Part shown: one piece after another, positions 53,658 to 64,000 of the stretch | How the letters are laid out: each line of letters begins with the position of its first letter | How positions within the stretch are numbered: position 1 is the stretch's first letter | Position numbers and translations under genes: made by a program | Source of the DNA: Lingula anatina | Lineage: Eukaryota > Animalia > Brachiopoda | Assembly (NCBI GenBank): GCA_051362555.1 | Contig: CM120643.1 | Location: 22,262,848-22,326,847 of the forward strand | Reading direction: 5' to 3' | DNA: 64,000 nt | The notes under the pieces: model-generated | Databases searched by the model: none | Seen by the model: only the letters and a program-made list of their open reading frames with translations | Told to the model about the DNA's origin: nothing

Positions 53658-56024
53658 TTTACGATTTCTCGACTGTTTTGAAGAGTCAAAAGCAGATGGG
53701 TTGCCGTTAGAGCAAGCATCCTTATATACGCCACAGCCGTGGAGTGATTGATCACGTTCAAGTTGGCGTTCTGATGCAGCACTTCCTTATTCTTTAATCT
53801 ATTTTTTGCAAACATCTCATTCTGTTTTATGATAATTTATTTTTTCTTGTGCAGTCATCGTCTCTCCAGTCATCCATCAAAGACACATTAATCTTTTTAA
53901 TTTACGAAACGCTGAAAAAATAAAATGCGACGCAATGATATTTAAAACGGTTATTATAAGACTTGTGGGACAATGATAAACGTCCAAATGTCATAAAAGG
54001 AAGACTGCGTGCAGCACTCTTTTGTACTTAAACTGTTTTTCGGTTCACTTTTGAAAAAAAAAAAAACACATTTAATTTTCTTCTAACCCTTTATTTAATG
54101 AGCCCATTATGTGTTAATTTGGAGATGGCGCAAGCTTGTCAGCGTGCTCCGGTGGTTCGATTTGCAATCACACCGATTACTTTCTGTACGTTAGCTTAAC
54201 GCCATTTTTACGTAGTTAGAACGATTTTGGCTGCGACCAGTGGTTTCAAATTTTTAAGAACTGATTGAATTTGATAAGACATTTTTATGACCATCGTATG
54301 TATTGGGTATATATATTGTGGAGCAACACCTTCATTCCTAGAAAACTGACGGTGACTTCTCCAATTATATATACTCTCGTCGCCGCCAATTTACAAAATA
54401 AACTAACCTTAAAATTTTGTCTGCGCAGATGCGCAGACCTTAGATAAATCACTAAGAGTTCAATTGAATGAAATATTGCTCCTGTTTTTATAGCAAGAAA
54501 GGCATGATTAATGTTTCAGGCCAAAACTAATTTTATTCAAGTGGACTGCACGTATCTTGAACCGGAACAGAGAAATTATTTAGTTCTAAAATTTTAGACC
54601 AATTTTCGGGCTTAAATTCCCCTGTGTAACTGACCCCTGGCCACAAAGGGGCAACGAAGACTGCAGAATCGAATATGAAACACAAGGTGGGGGGGGGGGG
54701 GTGAATGATAGCTTTTACTACGACATTAGCAAAAAAGTGAAAAAGAAATATGTAAATCTACACTATTCCTTTTTTGTGATGTTTTGTAATTCTTTCTTTT
54801 TTTATTCATTTACATTATATGGTGATCTGAGCAAGTTTTACCTGTTTAACAGTGGGAACGGAACCAACAGCATCATTGTCATAATCGGTCGGCGACATCG
54901 CACACAGTACCAAGGAAGTGATGTTGTTCAGATTGTAGAGAAACCTCGTACCAAGCACAGGACTTGGTCATTTTAACGCTAAACCTGCATCGTAACATTG
55001 TGATGTATGGTCAAATTCATTGCACGCATCACTTTTCAATCATGCCCACTCTACGAAATTAATCTCTTCGTCCAATCCAAAACGTTTTCTCATTCATTCT
55101 CGTGTTTAAAAGTACGTCTAAAAATAAAAGATCGCCTAGCCTGGCTATAACTCAAAACGTAAAGTCACAAATACGTTCGGTTTTAATTAACTTCATCGAC
55201 ACTGTCTGTTTACGTGTTCTTACGTGCGCGAAAATGCATCGTGCCTTCTGAGATGATAAATAAAACTATAACTGAACCAGTTAAGATTCGTAATGGTTAC
55301 GGTATGCAACCATATATCATGGTCCCTGGAAGTTTTCAGTTATGTCATGTCATTGAGGTACCGTAGAAAACATAAATTTCAAATAAAAGCGGGTGATATG
55401 CGATGTTCTCGTGTCTTGTCTCATCATCTTAAGACAAATGGGCCGTAAATTAACAGGGATTAATATATCTTGAACGCAGCTGGGTTGCTTTATTTGTAGG
55501 CTGAGAAGAAACCGCCCCTCTTATCCTATTACCTAGTGAACGAAATTTTGCCAAGTCTTGTAACGCGATTTTAATCTTAAAATGCCTCATGACCGTCCTG
55601 TTGATTCATTTACAAAGTAGGCAATGCTACGTCGTTTACAAATGCAAATAAAAACTACCCTTCCCCTACTTCCCCCTGAAAAAAAAGGCAATTATATCAG
55701 TGCATGCGATTTCTGCTACGCGTAGGCCCTACTACTTCACTGCCAGTTATGACTGGTATTTTTTAACAATTCTAAGTTGAAAAGAAGAGGACTAAAAGCC
55801 ATAATTTTTTTTTTAATCTATAACGATTTGGTCATACTTCAATTCTTAATCCGTCGGACCTGTCATTTTTTTAATGGATAATTAACTTTCTGAGTCACTA
55901 GTTTACCATTTACTTGGGCCTACTTTCAAAAATGACGGACGACCGTTTTCTAACACATAAGCGAGGAAGGTCAGCGAAACGTGCATGCATTCCAACTCCT
56001 GATTTCATTCAACTAACGTAAGTA

Positions 56025-56300
56025 ATGGAATCTGCTGAGATGAAGATGCTACGTTTTGCATTAAGAATAACACGCAAAAACAGAGGAAGAAATGAGAAGG
56101 TGAGGGAGATCAAGGGACGACGTCGACAAGACTTGGTGAGAGAGCAAAGAAGTGGAGGCTGCGCTGGTGGGGAATATCAGAAGGAGGGAAGAAACATAAG
56201 TGGGACAAAGAATGCTAGCAAAGAAACCAGCGTGAAAGAGAAAACCAAGGAGGCTGAAGAGAAAATGTGGATGCTATCAAAGTAGATGTGCAGGAGTTGG
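56025..56300 (+). mobile_element. RTE-clade LINE 3' fragment
   Basis: AEMKMLRFALRITRKNRGRNEKVRE matches the RTE ORF C-terminal motif AEMRMLRWxxGVTRxDRIRNExIR; degenerate. Confidence 0.7.
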
Positions 56301-56429
56301 GAAAAGACGAGGACCATATAGGCCTACGTACTCGGTAGGACCGGTGCGGGTGGAGGCGTGTTATGCGCTTAGGCGGCCCATGAGAAGGGACAGAGCCAAA
56401 AGCCCCCCCCCCCCAAAAAAAAAAAAAAA

Positions 56430-56465
56430 AATAAATAAATAAATAAATAAATAAATAAATGAATG

Positions 56466-56517
<52 letters not shown>

Positions 56518-56518
56518 G
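56430..56518. repeat. (AAAT)n/(AAT)n microsatellite
   Basis: Read directly. Confidence 0.95.
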
Positions 56519-56919
56519 GCCTAGTAATAAGAGAGGTAGGCCTACTCACTCACTCATTCCAAAATACGTTTTATATATCTTAAGGGCTGATAGGCCCAAG
56601 CAACTTTTAGCTTTATAGGACAATCTGGTAGGCTCCAGAGTTCGAAGCATTTAAAATAAATTACTGGTTGCTCAAAGTGGGCCCTACAATAGAGGCCTAC
56701 TATCCTTCTGATGTGTATACATGTATATCAGAATATCAACAAAATGCCAAATTGGTGCAATAAGCAAGCTCGAGAAAGGAGAAAGGAAAAGACCTGGGGA
56801 AAACATTACATAGTAGGGCTAATTTATTCATTTTTTTCCTTTTCCAAGAAAAGTAAAGAAAGTTTTCATTGAGAGACTCTATTGCATCGCCTTGGACAGT
56901 GTAACTCTAGGCCCCGGTC

Positions 56920-56950
56920 CTTCAACGGAAAAATGACGCGGAAGTGTAGA
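56920..56950 (+). promoter_or_regulatory. Probable promoter of the D-cysteine desulfhydrase gene (CRE half-site plus ETS site)
   Basis: ATGACGCGGAAGTG contains TGACG and CGGAAGTG, common in TATA-less housekeeping promoters; it lies in a CpG-rich patch just upstream of the first coding exon. Confidence 0.45.
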
Positions 56951-57246
56951 CCTAATGTTTTACGATGTCGTGTTACTCTCCTGAAACTAAAGGAACGCCT
57001 GGTCGTGTCTGCGGACCACAGAACAAGACAGTGACGAGTAGGCTATGGGCTAAATGTGTGACGTATCATGTAAATACTCGGGTGCTCACGGAACCTACCG
57101 AAGTTTAAATTGCACGAAGAAACTAGGTCATACGCTGCATCATGTGAAGGGCAGTAAACTGAAGGCCGGCCAGTTTCAAGAAAACAGCGAGTGATTCTAC
57201 TCTGTGTGCACCCAAAAGAGCACCCCAAATATATCTATCTAGAGCC

Positions 57247-57576
57247 GTGGCGTTCGTAAGAAAGTCCAGCAGACTTGTGCAATTCATTTTGCCAACATGG
57301 GCTGAGAAATTGTCATGGTTTCCGCAGCAAAAAGTGAAGGTAATGTCACAGGAGCAAAAGAATGTGTATTCCATTCGTTACCATTTACAGATTACATTAC
57401 TTCAGTCCTAGTCTAATTAGGACTCAGCTAGCAATGTTAGAGTAAGTTTACTGCGAATATTCAGCTTTTAATGCTGTCTTGTGAAATATGTGTTCCACCA
57501 AGTAGGCCCTAGTCCTTTGTGTAGCATTTATGGGATAGGGGCACTGGACCACGTGCACCCAATACCCCCCCCTCCA

Positions 57577-57608
<32 letters not shown>

Positions 57609-60600
57609 CATCACCCCCACAGCCCCAGTATCTTCAGAGGTTAACATGACTCCCTCCAAATAATTATAACAAATTATAACAATATTAAAATATTGTGACA
57701 AACAAAATTGGTCAAAAGGTAAGGGGCCCCTCACACGGTGAGCATTTAGCGCGCGCCACTTGCGCTGCGCCAGATGCTCGCGTTTCTCAACTCCCCGCAA
57801 ACGATGCGCTCTTTGCTCAGCAGAGGTGCTTCCCGGCCTGCCCCTAGCGGACGCACTGTGAACTGTGGGATCATGTGTTTAAGGAAACATTACATATTGT
57901 TGTTTTTTCTGATGGTAATGGATAATGGTGACCACGTTAATCAATCAGACTAACCTAACTGTGTACATTTTTGTTGACTTCGCTGGGGGCTACCATTTTT
58001 GTTTGTTTCCGGCTACTGGCACATGCGCATGCAATCGGCGCTTGCACCCCGCACACGCTGAGACATTTGCCTCAAGAGACAAAAAAAATCAAACACGTGA
58101 GAAATTTTGCTCAGCCGCGCATGAGGCAAAAATCTCACCAAAATACCCCCGCACATGAGAAAACGGCGCAGCGCAAGTGGCTTGCGCCAAATGCTCACCG
58201 TGTGCGGGCCCCTTTAGACCAAGACAATTTTGCCATTCCTACATATATTACACTGAAATATTTCTCCTCCCTACAATTTTAGATTTGCTGAGAAAAAAAA
58301 TGATCTGTTGATCAAGCCAATCCTTTATAATGATAATATATAATGGTATTTTCTTGATTTTTTTCCAGTTAGCACAGCTGCCGACCCCCATACACCAGTG
58401 GAACATTCCTGGCATACCATCTACATTTTCTCTCCACATCAAGAGAGATGACCTGACAGGCAGTACTCTGTCTGGTAACAAGGTTAGTCTCATTTGTTTA
58501 TTAAAGCTTTAAGCCCTGTGGCTCATCAGAATGTTATACATAAAATAAGGGGTAGACAGAACCCATCTTCTGGGTCTTCCAAAAGACTGAAATTTACAAG
58601 TTTACATTGATAGACATCTAATTTTTTCTGTTGGAAGATGGTCAAAATGGATGATGGATAGTTAGGGTATCTGTCAGAAAATATCTCTGAATCCACCCCT
58701 AAAAATGTACAAAATGAAATTGTAACCAAAGCTCCCTTACGAAAAAGTCCTATAGGATCTTATAGGATCCTATAGGATCCTATAGGAAATTAGGCCAATT
58801 TCCTATAGGATCCTATAGGACTTTTTCGTTAGGGAGATGTAATAGATTATAAGAAAATCTCAAAGTGTGGTCGATAGTTTTTAATGTTGCTGATTGTGTC
58901 AAGGCCTTATGATTACTATCCTTTTACTTTCTTATTAACAGGTGCGGAAGTTAGAATTTCTCCTTGCAGATGCCTTGATCAATAATTGCAAGCATGTGAT
59001 CACTTGTGGTGGGATTCAATCCAATCACGTCAGAGCAACAGCCGTGGCTGCAGCTCAGCTTGGAATGCAGAGCCATCTGTTGCTAAGAGGAGATATCAAA
59101 GTGAGCGTCATGTCAGATTTGACAGTATAATTTTTATACAAGTATCTCATGTTGATTTTGCTATATTAACTTTGGGTAAATAATGTGTAAGATTGGATTT
59201 CAAATTAAGCTTTGAATTTAGCTAGAAAGGTTAAGAATGATTCAGTGACTTTCCTTGAGAGACAACAGGACTTTTCATGTCAGTTTCATTATTGACTTAA
59301 CTTATAATCACAAATGTTAATGTTTCTTTTTCTTTTCCCAAACTTACAAAAGAAACATTTCAGAAAAAAAATAGATCATTATTGTTCTGTGTAAATTTAA
59401 ATAATAAAAATTGCAAAAGATTACATCACCAGAAATGTTCAAAAATAGTCAGCTGTATTTTAGTTTATTTATTTATTATATTTTTTGGTTTCAGCATGAA
59501 GAGGACATAGGGTTTGATGGCAACTTGTTGTTGAATAGACTTTGTGGGGCAGAGATGTATATTGTACCCAGGAAGTCTCCTTACCTTACTCATCTCAAAC
59601 CAAAGATGGAGAAAATTGCCAATCAAATAAAGTAATTATTCAAGTTACTGCAATCTACATTGAAATGTCTTTTCTTATTGGAGAATATTTTCAGATTTTA
59701 ATTTGAGCAGTTTCTTAATTCCATAATGACATATGTCATTTATTAATGTGCTTGAAGGAAGTTGAAAACTTCAATTTTGATTGATATAATTAAAAGTTGA
59801 GAGGCAGAAGTATGTGCTCTTCTCTCATTCAGTTTCTTTTTTGAAATCAGCAATTGTTTTTTTTTTTTTTTTTGCATAATATTAATAATTTAATGTTATA
59901 ACTCTCCCTTCATGACTTTATTTCTGTAGATTAATTAGGAGTTGGTTTAGATGAGATGGAGGTATGTGTGATAAACTATTGCCTGAAGACTACTGTTCCA
60001 GTATAAAATTCTACATAAGATTATGTTTCCTTTTTAGAGACGAGAGAGGAGAAAATTCATATCTCATACCAGTAGGAGGATCTAATGTTGTTGGACTGTT
60101 TGGGTACATAACGGCTTTCCAGGAAATGATTTCCCAGGTAAAGTTAAAGAAATTAGGTTTAACAATGTGGTTTAGGGGAAGGGGAGTATCAGTGTATGTA
60201 TTCCCAGCTGTTTATTCAAGTTATGTGTTTGGATAATGTGTGTAAGGTTAAATTAAAGATGTCATCAAAAATATTTTCTTTCTGATAAAAAAAAGATTAA
60301 TATCTAGTTTCAATGAGCTATGGAAAGTCAGTGTGGAAAAATATAGATAGAAACACCTTTTTGAAAAAAATTTCTTTCCCTGTATCTGTTGCATTTTAGA
60401 ATTTTTCTTCCAGTCATTTGCTAATAATTATGACAATAAACACATTTTGAAGTAAAGAACTAATTCCACTGCAGGGTATCCAGAGAGATTTTGATGACAT
60501 TGTCTTTGCCTGTGGCAGTGGAGGCACAGCTGCAGGCCTGGCATTGGCCAACTACCTCACTGGCTCCAGGCTGAGGTAAGTGAACGTCAGATTTAAGTTC

Positions 60601-63226
60601 TAAAAACAATTAAGGTAATTAAATTTTCTTTGGTCTTTACCCCGCCATCCTAGATTGTCCATGCATTAGCTTGCACTTAACAAAAATGAAATAATGATAA
60701 TAATAATAGTAATAATAATAATAAACAAAAACTATATTGATACAGATTAGATGTTCTGTGTTTGAATTTCAAGGATTCATGCAGTTATAGTCAGTGATGA
60801 CCCAAAGTACTTCCATGACCACATTAATGAGACCCTAGAGGCTACTGGTATTACAGATACCAAATCCTGTGACATTGTTGACATTATAGATGGCTACAAG
60901 GGGAAGGGATATGGTTTATCTACAGAAGAGGAGCTAGGTTAGTATGAAGGTTAGAAGTTGGAGTTAAAAAGTATTCAGACTATCAGACATAATATTAGCT
61001 GCTTTTAGACTGGTTTTGAAAGCTGGATGGCAAAACTTGGGAATTGAATCCAGTATCATGCAGTTCTTCATCATCAATCCACCCATAGACTCTTGGGACT
61101 CTTGGGACCATTAGCATACAGATTCTCTGTCTAAATAAAATCTAGAATCAACGTCCTGGTGTTAAAATTGAAACAGATCTTAAAAATATTCCTACTAAAA
61201 TCTACTAGACAAAAACGACTTATTTAAAGAAATGAAAGAAGTAAATGAATGAAATGCCATTACAGATTGTATTATTTTATCTCCAAATCAAGGTTACCAA
61301 GAAGCAAAAAATATTTTGTTTACACATTTTGGTCAGTGGCATATTGTTATATGCAATCTCATCCAAAGGTGTACTGCAGGTCCAGCTTTGAAGCCACACC
61401 AATGTTCAGAGTTATCACAGTTAGCTAGCTGAGTCAAATCATTGTGTACTGTTGTTTAACAGAACCATGGTGATAAGGGCATGTGAGTTTCTTAGTGATG
61501 TTGTTTACTTGGATTTTCCTGTTGAGGTTTTTCTCTCAAAAATTTTATCAGCTGTGTTATGTTGTAAAAATGAAGTCATTTTTCTTCAGCCAACAGCTTA
61601 ATATTGAAAAAGTTTTTACCTCCAATATTTCATTGTCTAGCAGAACATCTTCATCAGGGAATGAGGCTATGAGGTCTTTCTGCAGCAACCTAGCATTGTC
61701 AAGATTTTGGCAAGTGCCAAGTTAGGGTGGCACACTGAGTGTTGTGACAGCTACAGTGAAAACCTCTTTAGCAAAGTCTCTTGGAAATACCTTCCTCTGA
61801 ACTATTTCAACAATTTCATTTGTCGCTTGAGTGATTTCGTCCACTGTTAGAGGTCCTGTTCTAACTTCAGCACGATTTCGCAGTAAAGACTTAAAACATT
61901 GTATCCAAGCTATGGTCTTTTGTAGCTGGTACAACTGTGAGTATCTGTTCATCACTTCTTCCAGCTTATTTTCTACAGTCTGAGATGCAGAAATCTGACA
62001 AAAACACAGCCAAATTTGTGCTGTTTTCACTTTCTTGTCATCACTTGGTACATCATCAAAGATATCTGGACTCTTAGGCCATTCTCGCTCTGGCTTCCAC
62101 AGAAATTCTGCCCCTTTCAGCCACGTCTGGGTGGCACCTTCATTGGATTGGTCTAGGTAAACTCCAGGTGATGCATAATCTGCTACGTTTTCACCTGAGC
62201 TTACATAATGCCACTTTGTCTTCTAAATTCTGTGGCCCTGATGAGCTACAAAGTGAACATTATATATGCTTCTTTCAATACATTCTGCCACTATCACTGT
62301 GAGACTTACTGAAGACTGACTAAGACAGTGCCAGGTACCAAACATCTGAGACCTCAGAGGACACAGCCATGAGCTACTTCACCCAAGACCAGGATGGTCA
62401 GTTTGCTGGTCAAGTGGCCCAAGTGACCAGAGAACAGCTGGACAGAAATGTCTCTGTTCAGATTTCACCTTTTGGTTATAGCTAGTATACCCACCCATGG
62501 CACGAAGGTTTGAAAAAAGAAATTTATGTATTTGGCTTAATCTAGCTGTCAGATTGGCATTGGGATTGTATTGATTTATTTTGGTTAAATATAATAAGCT
62601 GTCTTTTACATTTAAGAGTTCATACTGGACGTGAGCACCTCTACTGGGATCATGCTGGACCCTGTTTACACTGGGAAGGCAGTGAGAGGGCTGGTCAGGG
62701 AGTTGACCACTCAGCCAGGCAGGTTCAAGGGAACAAGGATCCTGTTTCTTCATACTGGTTTGTATATTGCTACATATTCTTTCTATTGACAGAATATTTG
62801 GAGCATAGCTGAATTAACTGTTTTTGGGGCTGCTAGGTTTGAATATGACTTACTTTTCTTTTAGCTTATGTGTATTAGTGTGCTTTTTGTGATAAGTTTT
62901 ATTGCTGTTTCAGTGTTTATTTATATCATTGTGTATTCTCACTTCTGACACATATTCAAAATGCTGATCACAAAAGAATCAATCAAAAATGTGCAAAGCT
63001 TAAAAAAACTTTTGACATGAACATCAACAGCAATATGTGCCAAGATGTAACATAAAGATCTCTTTATTAAAAGAAAGTACCCAGCTTTACTTTGTTGCTT
63101 ACCAAAGAATTTCACCCAACAACTAATAAATTTCCAGGAGGCGTCTTTGGCTTATTTGATGGACGAATGGCTGGTACTTTGAAGGTTGATAAAAGAACAA
63201 GTAAAATCAAGCTGTGGAGATCCTGA
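57247..63226 (+). CDS. dcyD: D-cysteine desulfhydrase (PLP-dependent, ACC deaminase/D-CDes family), about 365 aa, 9 identified coding exons
   Basis: Exons ~57247(start uncertain)-57339, 58369-58482, 58942-59100, 59495-59631, 60038-60137, 60475-60575, 60774-60937, 62617-62757, 63138-63226. All GT-AG and phase-compatible (exons 2-9 total 1005 nt). Motifs [29 protein letters not shown] (PLP Lys), [35 protein letters not shown] and HT (not YE and HL) indicate D-CDes rather than ACC deaminase. The symbol is that of the bacterial homologue. Confidence 0.92.
57722..58213. mobile_element. PIF/Harbinger-like MITE in desulfhydrase intron 1
   Basis: aggggcccctcacacggtgagcatttagcgcgcgccacttgcgctgcgcc pairs with ggcgcagcgcaagtggcttgcgccaaatgctcaccgtgtgcgggcccct (about 50-bp TIRs, TA-rich flanks). 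Confidence 0.75.
58732..58836. mobile_element. Palindromic EnSpm-like MITE with 10-bp CCTATAGGAT subrepeats
   Basis: ctcccttacgaaaaagtcctatagg ... cctataggactttttcgttagggag with tandem self-complementary units. Confidence 0.65.
61253..61432 (+). mobile_element. BEL/Pao LTR retrotransposon gag fragment
   Basis: [48 protein letters not shown] resembles the BEL/Pao gag (DUF1759-region) pattern AIxxCxxLxPxxGYxEAxxILxxRFG. Confidence 0.65.
61500..62215 (-). mobile_element. BEL/Pao LTR retrotransposon pol fragments
   Basis: Minus strand [17 protein letters not shown]...[16 protein letters not shown]...[15 protein letters not shown]...[25 protein letters not shown], the typical BEL/Pao post-RNase H region. 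An RT-end-like fragment (LIASFPDED...LSCW...DFIF) follows. Confidence 0.85.
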
Positions 63227-63698
63227 CGGAGGTCTAGAGAAGATGCCATATTGGTATTGAAACGAGAAGTTTGGCAGTTGGACAAGTAGGAAAAATTATC
63301 ATTCCAGGCATTATTTGCATTCTTATGGTGTTATAGATATATACAGGCAAAAGATTTGTCTGATTTTTACCAGAATTGTATTTCAAAATTCAGTGCATGG
63401 TTTATGTTTCTGATTGCAAAGAAATGGTACAAACAGTGAAGCCATTTTTATGGCTATATGTCCAAAAAAAATGTTATATTGATCATGTTAGCAGGTATCT
63501 GTCATAGACATTGTCTACTTCTGGAAGTTATGTATTTATGCTTCAAAAAAGGTAAAAACCCTTGTATCCTATTGCTTAAGATTGAATTAAGTTTGAGATA
63601 TAATTTTGTTTAATACTTCTGATTTAGCTAAAACAAAATGTATGCCTACTTCGTTGCATGTTAATGCAACGTCAGCCTTGCCATCCCATCTTACAGTG

Positions 63699-63867
63699 CC
63701 TAAAAGAAAAGGGAGTATCACAAATACGAGAGAAAACTGATCAGTTTTTCTGCAGTTTTCTTTTTTTCTTATTTCAAAAGTACATTGTCTAAAAGAAATG
63801 GGAATATCACAAATAGGAGAGAAAACTGATTAGTTTTTCTGCAGTTTTTTTTTCTTATTACAAAAGT
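63699..63867. repeat. Tandem duplication of a ~90-bp unit (2 copies)
   Basis: ctaaaagaaa.ggga.tatcacaaata.gagagaaaactgat.agtttttctgcagtttt...caaaagt at ~63699 and ~63789. Confidence 0.85.
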
Positions 63868-64000
63868 TTTTATTTAGTTTTAATATAATAGATGCTTGAA
63901 TGGGTGTAGGTTTCCTGAATGTGAACCAAAGGCTAGGTTGCTTGCAGGCACATGTTGTGCAGTCACCTCAACATGATAAGTTGCTGCTGTTTATACACAC

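Noticed and set aside
53166-53815. 171-aa (+) and 139-aa (-) Thr/Ala/Val-rich ORFs
   Set aside because: Antisense and alternate-frame shadows of the GGY codon repeats of copy 4, extended by a GT microsatellite.
62379-62753. 124-aa minus-strand ORF
   Set aside because: Antisense to desulfhydrase exon 62617-62757.
57247-63226. ACC deaminase assignment or recent bacterial HGT/contamination
   Set aside because: Lacks the ACC deaminase Glu/Leu diagnostic residues and has many canonical introns.

Overview
AT-rich eukaryotic genomic DNA with GT-AG introns, microsatellites and many MITEs. It is probably a marine invertebrate, most likely a mollusc or other lophotrochozoan (inferred from repeat types, motif bias and gene content). 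1-34 kb is mostly non-coding: transposon remnants and a few orphan minus-strand exon-like segments that may belong to a large gene running off the left edge. 35.6-39.9 kb (-) holds a MARVEL-domain (CMTM/plasmolipin-like) membrane protein gene with four coding exons. 42.7-55 kb holds a cluster of small secreted Gly/Tyr-rich protein genes: three intact minus-strand copies and one inverted degenerate copy. The copies share a promoter module and a splice donor just after the stop codon (3 nt in the intact copies); the intact copies also share a conserved non-coding 3' exon. 57.2-63.2 kb (+) holds a PLP-dependent D-cysteine desulfhydrase-family gene with nine identified coding exons, an unresolved start codon and a scrambled BEL/Pao retrotransposon relic in one intron. 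No tRNA, rRNA or CRISPR features were recognised. All calls come from manual reading; no database search was run.
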